From: Methanothrix sp.
GTDB lineage: Archaea; Halobacteriota; Methanosarcinia; Methanotrichales; Methanotrichaceae
Length of the DNA: 33,942 nucleotides
Assembly: GCA_037128175.1 (NCBI GenBank)
Contig: JBAXWY010000030.1
Location: forward strand, 1-33,942
Direction of reading: 5' to 3'
Shown here: positions 1-8,323 of the stretch, piece after piece
How the letters are laid out: every line of letters begins with the position of its first letter
How positions within the stretch are numbered: position 1 is the first letter of the stretch
Notes under the pieces: model-generated
What the model was told of the DNA's origin: nothing
What the model saw: only the letters and a program-made list of their open reading frames with translations
The model's database searches: none
Translations under genes and position numbers: made by a program

Positions 1-295
1 TGAGCGTAGGCCAAGCCAAGGTTGACTAGTTCGGCTCCTTCATTCCTTCTGTCCCCGACTCCGCGGGAGATCTTCAAGGCCTGCTCATGGCATTCAATGG
101 CCTTACGGATCTCTCCCAAGTGAGCGTAGGCCAAGCCAAGGTTGACTAGTTCGGCTCCTTCATTCCTTCTGTCCCTCATCTTACGAGCGATCTTCAAGGC
201 TCGCTCTAGGTACCCTATGGCCCTGCGGGTCTCGCCCATGTCGGCGTAGGCCATGCCCAGGTTGCCCAAATGTACTCCTTCATTGCCTTGATCTC
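1..295 (-). repeat. 120-nt period tandem repeat encoding TPR units
   Basis: Positions 1-55 are identical to 121-175; a diverged third copy lies at about 241-295. The 120-nt period equals 40 aa, in frame with the NLR-like ORF. Confidence 0.9.
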
Positions 296-2597
296 TCATC
301 ATCTTTGATGCTTTTAAGCCCGTTTCAAGCCAGTTAATTTTATCCAGTGGATGCAGGCGCAAATTAAAAACGTAGCCTCCAACGTACGCGTAAGAGCTAG
401 CCAATTCTTGGGATGATTTCAAATCACTATTTTTCAATTTACTGGGGCTTTGAATCGCGTTCTTTACCCAGGCTTGTCCAACTTTGATATTCGGCCATTC
501 TCGATCGAAAAGATCCAAGCCTGCAAATAGATTCATCTCGCCTTTTTTATAGAGATTTTCAGCTTGGGAAAGGACCTTCGAGTAATGCTTGGCATGTTTC
601 TGCTGGACATCAGTAAGTTCTTCTTGGTCGAGGCACGATTCTGCAAAAAGACGAGCCAGATCATGAAGTCTGTATCTTCCATCCCCAAAATCAGGTGTTA
701 CTGCAAAATCCACCAGGCTCCATTGCACCAAATCGCTCAGCGCCTCAGCCGATGGGCCAGGAGCCATCTTGAAAACAGCAGCCGCAGCATTGCGATCGAA
801 ATCTTCTGGAAAAACAGATAGACGTCGCCATTGCTTTTTTCGTCCGGGAGCGAGCAGATCATAGCTGAGGCTGAAGGAGCCCTTTACTAACTTAAGCAGT
901 GTTACTTTATCCTTCAGAAGTCTTTGGTACTCGGGAACGCTTAAATCCTTCTTTTCAGCTAAAGCGCTAGCTGCATTGCGAAGCGCAAGAGGCAGGTAAC
1001 CGCATATTTTTGCCAGCTCTTCGGCCCGGTCGCCAATGCGTGGGGCAATTTCAAGAAGAAGCTCGCACGCCTTATCTGATGGCAAGATATCCAGATCTTT
1101 TTCCGCCAAGCCTGGCAAGGCAAATTTTATTCTCGATGTTATGAGAACGGCGCAGCCTGCGGGGGGCAGCAGAGGCGCAACTTGCTCGCTGCCTGCGGCA
1201 TTGTCCAGCAGCAAGAGAGCACGCTTGTTGGCCAGAATGGAGAGATACAAACCACGCAGTTCATTTGAGTTTTCCGGCAGGCGATCAGCAGGATTGTAGG
1301 CCCGGATAACCTGAGCCATGGCCTCTGCGGTAGTCAAGGGTGGCAATTCCGGATTATTGCTTGTTCCCCGCATATCTACGAAGATCTGGCCATCAGGAAA
1401 TTGGCTCTTGATTTTATCTGCCAGGACCAGGGCCAGGGCGGTCTTGCCCACGCCGCCCATGCCACGCAGGCCGGTGATGGTAGCTCCCTTCTCGAAGTTG
1501 GAGAGGATGTCGCGGATTTCGTCCTCGCGGCCCTTGAAGTCACGCGGGGGCGGCGGGATTTGGCGAGGTATCACATGAACGGATGGCGCTGCAGGTGATA
1601 CAGGAGGGGCGGACTCATTATTGGATTTGATCTTAGCCAATTCACAATTAAATTGACCATCTGGGGATGAGCTTATATCCTCTACCCATTCACCCCGCAC
1701 GTCATCCCAACGTCGAAGAAATACGGAAACTGTTCCTTTATCAAAATCAAGATGCACGAAGTTATATGAACTCGTGTAGTGCGGGCTATTTTCTATTCTC
1801 TTGCGATAAGAAGCACCCGCCGGAATGATAATTGCATTGCCTTGTGTGCTATGCGAGGACTCTACTCTGGGCCGGTGCGTATGGCCGCAGAGAATGAAAT
1901 CACAACTACTTCTCATGGGCCGTTCGATCCGAATAAAATCATATTCCTCCAGCCAATCAAGAGGATGATGAAGAACTGCAATTTTGATATCTGCTTCGGC
2001 TAAGCCTTTTGCAGATTCCCGAATTTGCGGCTCCCCAATAATTAAATATCCTTTCTCAATTTCCTTTCGTCCACACCCCAACGCAGAGTTCAATCCTCTA
2101 ATGGAGATATTCTTCCCGTTGATTGACCAGAAGCAACTATCCGCATAATCCGGAGATTTCTGGCCGGTGTAGCCGGTCACGAATTTAGTGAATGCCCAAA
2201 AAAGGTCCTGTAGCTTCCTTCTTTTTCGTTCATCCGTTAGCCATTCCTTTGTCTGGGCTTCCGACTCGATCGGCTTCTGAAGATCAGAAGAAAAAAGTTT
2301 TAGCTCATCTCGATCAAGGTCATGATTTCCCGGCACAATAAAAAGTCGATTGGGTTTCAGAACAGTTGCATCCAAAATCGGATCAAGCAATTTTTCTTTG
2401 GCAGTTTGATATTCTTCAGGCTTCCCGCTAGATGCCAGGTCTCCGCTGAAAACGATAAAGTCTACCTCAGCCAGGCTCTGACTGATATCAGCTCGTCTCG
2501 TGATATCATTCAGAAGGGCTTCAAGCACGATTTCACGATCAAATTCGGTTCCTTTTTGATGCCAATCAGAGAGATGCAGCCACGTTAAACCCGTCAT
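1..2597 (-). CDS. NLR-like protein: N-terminal calcineurin-like metallophosphoesterase + NB-ARC/STAND NTPase + C-terminal TPR repeats (3' end beyond window edge)
   Basis: Hand translation from ATG at 2597 (preceded by GAGGAAGGA) gives an open frame to the window edge, >865 codons. MPE motifs: WLHLSDWH, FSGDLA, VPGNHD, VLHHP, CGHTH. Pro-rich linker, then DFKGREDE, Walker A GMGGVGKT, Walker B LLLLDN, VLITSR, GxP motif CGYLPLAL and MHD-like YRLHDL. Ends in 40-aa TPR units (EGAELVNLGLAYAHLGEIRKAIECHEQALKISR). Absent from the ORF track because there is no stop codon in the window. Confidence 0.93.
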   Translation of the reverse strand, partial: MTGLTWLHLSDWHQKGTEFDREIVLEALLNDITRRADISQSLAEVDFIVFSGDLASSGKPEEYQTAKEKLLDPILDATVLKPNRLFIVPGNHDLDRDELKLFSSDLQKPIESEAQTKEWLTDERKRRKLQDLFWAFTKFVTGYTGQKSPDYADSCFWSINGKNISIRGLNSALGCGRKEIEKGYLIIGEPQIRESAKGLAEADIKIAVLHHPLDWLEEYDFIRIERPMRSSCDFILCGHTHRPRVESSHSTQGNAIIIPAGASYRKRIENSPHYTSSYNFVHLDFDKGTVSVFLRRWDDVRGEWVEDISSSPDGQFNCELAKIKSNNESAPPVSPAAPSVHVIPRQIPPPPRDFKGREDEIRDILSNFEKGATITGLRGMGGVGKTALALVLADKIKSQFPDGQIFVDMRGTSNNPELPPLTTAEAMAQVIRAYNPADRLPENSNELRGLYLSILANKRALLLLDNAAGSEQVAPLLPPAGCAVLITSRIKFALPGLAEKDLDILPSDKACELLLEIAPRIGDRAEELAKICGYLPLALRNAASALAEKKDLSVPEYQRLLKDKVTLLKLVKGSFSLSYDLLAPGRKKQWRRLSVFPEDFDRNAAAAVFKMAPGPSAEALSDLVQWSLVDFAVTPDFGDGRYRLHDLARLFAESCLDQEELTDVQQKHAKHYSKVLSQAENLYKKGEMNLFAGLDLFDREWPNIKVGQAWVKNAIQSPSKLKNSDLKSSQELASSYAYVGGYVFNLRLHPLDKINWLETGLKASKMMRDQGNEGVHLGNLGMAYADMGETRRAIGYLERALKIARKMRDRRNEGAELVNLGLAYAHLGEIRKAIECHEQALKISRGVGDRRNEGAELVNLGLAYA

Positions 2598-2771
2598 TCC
2601 TTCCTCGAAATATGCTGGTTAGAATCATTAAATTATTTCAGGGATGTAGTTTCAGAAACTCTGGTCCTGAATTGATTTTAAGAACTCCGCTAAGAATATA
2701 TAATTTGCTAGCAACCGACCCGCATTTGGCTGTTATGCAAACTATTTTCAACAAAAATTTAAATGAAAAAT

Positions 2772-3068
2772 TCAGATCTTGTCCGCCCCTCCCATCTCCT
2801 TCTCCTTTTTGACCAGCCCGCCGTAGGCCACTCCCGCCTCCGTGAGCGCAATCTTTTCCCCCACCAGTTCGATCAGCCCGGCCAGCTCCAGGCGGTGCAG
2901 GTGGTAGTCGAGCATCTTCTCGCCCACAGCCGCCGCAATCTCCGGCACGCTCAAGACTCCCTGGTTCATGAGGATGATCATATTCCTTCTGATGGGGCTT
3001 TCCAGGGCGTGATGCACCAGAGCCATCTCCTCCGGTGACTCTGGCTTGGCTTTCTTTCCGATCAGCAT
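2772..3068 (-). CDS. ArsR-like winged helix-turn-helix protein
   Basis: 98 aa with the HALESPIRRNMI...SVPEIAAAV...LDYHLHRLELAGLI pattern typical of ArsR/HTH_20 domains. Confidence 0.8.
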   Translation of the reverse strand: MLIGKKAKPESPEEMALVHHALESPIRRNMIILMNQGVLSVPEIAAAVGEKMLDYHLHRLELAGLIELVGEKIALTEAGVAYGGLVKKEKEMGGADKI

Positions 3069-3242
3069 TTGTATTCATCAGGCGTCAGACTTTATATTAA
3101 GCAATGCCCGTATTAAATGGACCATGTCGGACCACAACATTGCAGCCTTGCCGCAGGGGGCGGCGAAAGCAGAGAGCTTTCATTCCTGCATCTGCCGGAA
3201 TGATAAAAGAGAGGACGCCAACTCAGCGGAGGGCTTAGGGCA

Positions 3243-3926
3243 ATGGCCATGATCCGCGCCCTGGCGGTGGACATCGACGGCACCTTGAGCGACCAAGATC
3301 GAGTGCTCTGTCCCGCCGCCCTGCAAGCGCTGCGCAAGCTAAAGGTGCCCGTGGTGCTGAGCACGGGCAACTCCCACTGCTTCACCAGAACGGTTTGTGT
3401 TCTCCTGGGCACGCCCCGTATTTTCATCGCCGAGAACGGAGGCGTGCTATCCTACTCCGATGATGAGATCGAGGTACTGGCGGACCTGAAAGTCTGTGAG
3501 GATGCCTTCGAAAAGCTGTCCGCCGAGTTTCCCCTGCAGAGATTCAGCTCCTCTCGCTACAGATTTACCGATATTGCCCTGCAACGCAACTTCGATGTGC
3601 CGGCTGCGGCCAGGCGCGTCCAGGAGCTGGGCCTGCCCGTGCATATCATAGATACCACCTTTGCTGTGCATATCAAAGACAAGCGTGTTGACAAGGGCAC
3701 GGGCCTCTCTCGCATTGCGAAGCGCATGCAAATCGAGCTGTCCGAGTTTGCCGCCATCGGCGACAGCAACAGCGATCTTCCAATGTACCGGTTGGCTGGC
3801 TTTCGGGCCTCTGTGGGCAACGCTCGAGCGGAGCTAAAGCAGATTTCCGACTACGTGGCAAATGCCGAATACGGGAACGGCTTTGCAGAAATCATAAATT
3901 ACATGAAAGAAAAAGAGATGCTTTAA
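3243..3926 (+). CDS. HAD-superfamily phosphatase, archaeal phosphoglycolate phosphatase / SPP-like
   Basis: DIDGTL motif I, STGN motif II, AENGG, KGTG and IGDSNSD motif IV. The start may be the second ATG at 3249. Confidence 0.9.
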   Translation: MAMIRALAVDIDGTLSDQDRVLCPAALQALRKLKVPVVLSTGNSHCFTRTVCVLLGTPRIFIAENGGVLSYSDDEIEVLADLKVCEDAFEKLSAEFPLQRFSSSRYRFTDIALQRNFDVPAAARRVQELGLPVHIIDTTFAVHIKDKRVDKGTGLSRIAKRMQIELSEFAAIGDSNSDLPMYRLAGFRASVGNARAELKQISDYVANAEYGNGFAEIINYMKEKEML

Positions 3927-3970
3927 ACGTCTGGTGTGTTTCATCTGATCTTCCCTGGAGATTGATTTAG

Positions 3971-5224
3971 TTGCCCGGAGACAAAAAAGCCCTTCTTGCC
4001 GTCCTCGGCTCCTGCATCGCCCTCTTTTGGCCGGGCGCTCTTACCTTCGGCTTTGCTGGGGTCATGGCCCCCATCTGGCAGGAGATGTTTCATGTCGGGC
4101 GCGCCGCCACGGGCCTGACCATCTTTTTCATGCTCGCGGCGGTAGGCGCTTTCATGTTCCTGGTGGGCCGCTGGCAGGAGCGCTGGGGCCTGAGGCGCAT
4201 GATCACTCTGGGCGTCATCCTCACTGCCCTCGCCTCCCTGCTCGTCTCTCAGGCCACCTCGATTTACACCGTCTACGTCTGGGCCTTTCTCAACGGTATG
4301 GCCTCCAGCTTTGTCTACGTTCCCGCCCTGACCCTGGTGCAGTGGTGCTACCCGCAAAAGAGGGGGCTGGTGACCGGCACGGTGAGCATGGTCTTTGGGC
4401 TGGCGGCAGCCATCATTTCGCCTCTCTTTGCAAAAATGCTCTCGGCCTTGGGCTACGAGGCCATGAACCTGGTTGTCGCCCTTCTCACCCTTTCCATCGG
4501 CCTGGCTGGGGCCTATTTTGCCCGCGCTCCGCCTGCTTGGGAGAATGCCACCTCTGCCCGGCGCGCCCGGGGCGTAGCGGCTGCAATACCGACGGCACAG
4601 ATCATAACCGCAGCAAAATCGTTCACCGTAAAAGAGAGCCTGCATACCAGAAGCTTCTGGCTGCTCTGGATCACCTGGACCTTTGCAGGAGCTGCGGGCG
4701 TCTCCATGACCCTCCTCGCCACCGGCTACGGGCTCTTCCTGGGCTTTCCTTTATCCTCAGCCATCATTATCCTGACCGCCTTTAATCTCACCAACGGAAT
4801 GAGCCGCCTGATCAGCGGCATTCTCTCCGACCGGTTTGGCAGAAATCGGGTCATGAGCCTGGCCTTCCTGGCCGCCGGCATCGCCTATTTCTTCCTGCCT
4901 TTGGCAGACGATCTCGTGACCTGCGCTCTGCTGGCCGCAGTAGTGGGCTTTTCCTTCGGCACCCTCTTCTCCGTCTCTGCGCCACTGGTGGCGGACTGCT
5001 TCGGCCTGGAGCACTTCGGGGCAGTCTTCGGCCTAACCTTCGCAGCCTACGGCTTTGTGGCCGGGCCTCTGGGGCCCACCCTCTCCGGCTACCTGCTGGA
5101 TGTGACTGGAGACAATTTCTTCCTGGTCTTCCTCTATCTGGGCATCTTCTGCCTGCTGGCGAGCGTGTGCATCCGGCAGGTGGTGCCGCCGCAAAGGGCT
5201 TCTATCCAGGAAATTGCGCCTTAG
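3971..5224 (+). CDS. MFS transporter (OFA/oxalate-formate antiporter-like)
   Basis: About 12 hydrophobic segments; GRWQERWG and GILSDRFGR MFS motif A; WCYPQKRGLVTG typical of the OFA family. TTG start. Confidence 0.88.
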   Translation: MPGDKKALLAVLGSCIALFWPGALTFGFAGVMAPIWQEMFHVGRAATGLTIFFMLAAVGAFMFLVGRWQERWGLRRMITLGVILTALASLLVSQATSIYTVYVWAFLNGMASSFVYVPALTLVQWCYPQKRGLVTGTVSMVFGLAAAIISPLFAKMLSALGYEAMNLVVALLTLSIGLAGAYFARAPPAWENATSARRARGVAAAIPTAQIITAAKSFTVKESLHTRSFWLLWITWTFAGAAGVSMTLLATGYGLFLGFPLSSAIIILTAFNLTNGMSRLISGILSDRFGRNRVMSLAFLAAGIAYFFLPLADDLVTCALLAAVVGFSFGTLFSVSAPLVADCFGLEHFGAVFGLTFAAYGFVAGPLGPTLSGYLLDVTGDNFFLVFLYLGIFCLLASVCIRQVVPPQRASIQEIAP

Positions 5225-6176
5225 CCGGGACTATGAAGCAGGTGCAATCAAAGACGCCTCCGGCGGACTTGAAGGCTTTAGCATCTATATAGTTCATATC
5301 GCTAAATCCGCCGAAACAACAGGGCAGCCATGAATCTTCCTTCTCTTTCTCCTTTGCGTAGGTGGTAAGATTCATATTTTTCTTGATGTGGAAGTTCCCC
5401 ACGTAATCCTCATCCAATTCTATCAAAGGCTTCTTCCAGGCTTTCATTGCCAACCCGAGGATTTGTTCCTCCTCCGAATCTTCTTCCGGCTCTTCATCCA
5501 CCGGGATTCCCTGAAGCTGAAGCACACCAAAGTGTGCCCGGCCATCAATCAAGTCCTCTTCTATGTTCATGGTGGTGTTAATTGTGTAATCTCCTGCATT
5601 TGATTGAGCATCAAGCACCTTGTTTAGTCCATGAGCTCGATCGACGAGATGATGCAAGGAATTCAAACCATTGCGATTCATAATCCAATCCTCTTCGCTC
5701 AGGAGAGAATTGAAAACAACCGGATTCTGATTATAGTATCGTGATCCTATGCCCATTGCTGAGGAGCTGTATGTCATTTTACTGTCTTCTTTCATCTGAA
5801 TAATGCTCGTTGCAGCTTCTTCCTCATCGATTACCTCTTCGTCTTCGTCCAGAGCACCGTTTATCCAGGTCTTATTGCTGTACGAACTCTCTAAGTATAT
5901 TATCGAATCAGTATTTATATTGCCGCTGCCGTGTGCTTTTGTCTTCGCCTCAACGCCATTGAACAGGCGCCCTTCCGTCCAGGTATCATCTGGCATTTGA
6001 GCATATTTATGGACCGCAAAGAAGCCCGTGCCGCTCACGTTCTGTTCAAGGTTGAATTTTAGACTTTTCTCTTCCAATGTCGTGGGATTGCTATATGCCA
6101 TATCATTTTCCTGTAATTGCTCCTCCTCGCCCCCGCTATCGGCTGCAGCCATGCCTATCAGTGCAAAGAGAGCCAC
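5202..6176 (-). CDS. Secreted acidic hypothetical protein with C-terminal WLPCC...GVFDCTC motif
   Basis: 324-aa ORF with a signal peptide ending AAA|DS. The frame extends upstream to CTG at 6197 (REIILLVALF). Its tail is shared with 32797..33759. Confidence 0.8.
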   Translation of the reverse strand: MALFALIGMAAADSGGEEEQLQENDMAYSNPTTLEEKSLKFNLEQNVSGTGFFAVHKYAQMPDDTWTEGRLFNGVEAKTKAHGSGNINTDSIIYLESSYSNKTWINGALDEDEEVIDEEEAATSIIQMKEDSKMTYSSSAMGIGSRYYNQNPVVFNSLLSEEDWIMNRNGLNSLHHLVDRAHGLNKVLDAQSNAGDYTINTTMNIEEDLIDGRAHFGVLQLQGIPVDEEPEEDSEEEQILGLAMKAWKKPLIELDEDYVGNFHIKKNMNLTTYAKEKEKEDSWLPCCFGGFSDMNYIDAKAFKSAGGVFDCTCFIVPAKAQFPG

Positions 6177-6691
6177 TAATAAAATAATCTCCCTCAGATC
6201 ATTCCCTCCTCAGACAACCTTCGATGTTAGCACGTATTGCTTATGTTATTTTAAGATATCTGCTAATGATTTACAAATATGGCATTAACGCATAATTTTT
6301 AAGTATTTGTATTACCTTAAGACTACAAGTTGTAGTTAGGACTAAAAAGTCTAAATTCGATGCAAATATCGTGCCTATACGTTCTATATAAGAAAAAGAT
6401 TTTCCGTAATGGTTGCAACTTGGCATGCATTGTATTCCATCTGAAAAGCCATTCGCGATCTCAGTATGCTTCATAATATGCGCTTGGAGCCTTTCACTGT
6501 TAAATTTAATCAATTTGCATTTTCCGGAAATAGGCCCCATAGATATTTATTTTATATTATAACTATCAAGAAACTAATATCATTTTTTGCCCATTAGTAT
6601 TCTGTATATACGTTTGAAGAATTTAATATTACTAAATATGATTCAGGATAATCTTTTATAATTGAATGCTATTCTGGTTATGGGTGAAACT

Positions 6692-7411
6692 ATGCATATT
6701 CCTGATGGCTATCTAGGGCCAAATACATACATTGCATTTTGGATCATTATGATCCCTATATGGTATTATGCCGGAAAGAAACTCAGTTCTGAGCTAAGGT
6801 CCAGGCAGGTCCCCCTCTTGGCAATGGCTGCAGCGTTCTCTTTTGTAATCATGATGTTCAATGTGCCAATCCCAGGGGGCAGCACCGGTCATGCTGTGGG
6901 CGGCGCAATAATTGGCATCGTTCTGGGACCCTGGGCGGCAGTGATTGCCATATCCGTTGCCCTTGTGTTGCAGGCCCTGATGTTTGGAGATGGAGGCATT
7001 ACGGCTATAGCAGCCAATTGCTTCAACATGGGCGTAGTAATGCCCTTCGTTGCCTATTATGCCTATAAGCTCATCAGTGGGGGCGCAGATATTACATCAT
7101 CGAGAAGGGTCGTTGTCGCGGCCGTAGCTGGCTGGTTATCTCTTACCTTGGCGGCTTTCTTTACGGGAGTTGAATTTGGGCTACAGCCAGTATTGAATCA
7201 CAGCCTTGAAGGAGTCCCGATGTATATGCCCTATCCACTGAGTGTGACGGTTCCTGCCATGGTACTGGAACACGCACTCGGGTTTGGCATACTTGAAGCG
7301 CTGATTACGGCACTTATATTCGCTTACATCCAGAAGACAGATACAAGTATTCTGTATGGCGAACAATCCCGGTCGCTAAAGAAAAAGCCCAATGCGGCAG
7401 CGAGTGCTTGA
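6692..7411 (+). CDS. cbiM: ECF-type Co/Ni transporter substrate-binding component CbiM/NikM
   Basis: Diagnostic N-terminus MHIPDGYL at ATG 6692 after a GGTGA RBS; PIPGGSTGH and GDGGITA motifs. Confidence 0.92.
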   Translation: MHIPDGYLGPNTYIAFWIIMIPIWYYAGKKLSSELRSRQVPLLAMAAAFSFVIMMFNVPIPGGSTGHAVGGAIIGIVLGPWAAVIAISVALVLQALMFGDGGITAIAANCFNMGVVMPFVAYYAYKLISGGADITSSRRVVVAAVAGWLSLTLAAFFTGVEFGLQPVLNHSLEGVPMYMPYPLSVTVPAMVLEHALGFGILEALITALIFAYIQKTDTSILYGEQSRSLKKKPNAAASA

Positions 7412-7420
7412 GGTGAGATA

Positions 7421-7735
7421 ATGGATAAGATGATGAGAAATCTCGCAATTGGCCTGGTATTGCTCATAATTCTGGCTCCATTGGGCCTCCTGGCCGTAGG
7501 CGAAACCTTTGGTGAATGGGGGCCGCAAGAGGTGAAAGAGAAACTTGGATTTGTGCCACCTGGCCTGGAACAGCTTTCGGGAATTTGGAATGCACCTTTG
7601 CCGGATTACGCCCTGCCCGGGAGCGGCGATTCGATGACAACAGCAGCGGCCGCTTATATCCTATCCGCAGTGATCGGCGTTATTGTCTGCGCGGGCCTGC
7701 TTTACGTCATAGGTAAAAGGGTTGCCAAAGACTGA
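7421..7735 (+). CDS. PDGLE-domain Co/Ni transport accessory protein (NikN/CbiN-like)
   Basis: Two TM segments with GEWG and APLPDY motifs; GAGGTGA RBS directly after cbiM. Confidence 0.85.
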   Translation: MDKMMRNLAIGLVLLIILAPLGLLAVGETFGEWGPQEVKEKLGFVPPGLEQLSGIWNAPLPDYALPGSGDSMTTAAAAYILSAVIGVIVCAGLLYVIGKRVAKD

Positions 7736-7738
7736 AAC

Positions 7739-7751
7739 TTTTTTTCTTTTT
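7739..7751 (+). terminator. Archaeal oligo-T terminator
   Basis: TTTTTTTCTTTTT immediately after the stop of the cbiM-PDGLE operon. Confidence 0.6.
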
Positions 7752-8323
7752 CAGTTATTAAATGGTTCTCGCTGTTTCGAGTGTGTAATAGAATAATCGA
7801 GTTCTCTGGCCATAGTTTTAAGGGCAGGCTTTGTGGGGGCAAGTAGGATGATCATTGGTGGAGACCACAGGTTCTTACTGCCCGCCTTTTTGGTCCTGGT
7901 GAGCGGGCTGCTTTGCTCGCAGACGATACCGCAGCGCGAACCATCCTGGTCCCAGTGATCTTGCCGGTCGGGGTTATTTTTCTCTTTTTCGCGAGGGCGG
8001 TCTTAATCAAAATAATATTCTCAGGACCGCGAAAGGCATTTGCAGAAGAGGAGCGCCCTGACCGTAGGCCGCACAATCCCAGGGCGACCAATGGCAGATG
8101 GCCAGGGCACATCATTCATCCTATTTTGCTTTGGCAGGTGAGTGCAGCAAGAGCGATATGGTAAAGGAGGCCTTTGCGCTATTCGCCCGCATCATGAATA
8201 TAATCGTACATAGTATTAAATCTTTTGCTAATCGTATTAATTTGGGTCAGCGCACGATAAAGCATGCGCACTGATTGCGGCAGTGATGTAGCTGTGTCAC
8301 CAGGGCGTTATTGATCGCATTAT

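Noticed and set aside
1-175. 55-bp direct repeat with a unique intervening sequence, CRISPR-like at first glance
   Set aside because: The period is 120 nt in frame, it encodes TPR helices, the 'spacers' are homologous to each other, and there are no cas genes.
564-2588. Several short plus-strand ORFs in the track
   Set aside because: Antisense shadows of the long minus-strand NLR-like gene. The same applies to most short overlapping ORFs elsewhere in the window.
7852-8164. Overlapping 87-aa (-) and 83-aa (+) ORFs, or a possible ncRNA, in the gap after the cbiM operon
   Set aside because: No recognisable protein motif, and no SRP, RNase P or cobalamin-riboswitch consensus seen. Left unannotated; an Rfam or BLASTX search could overturn this.
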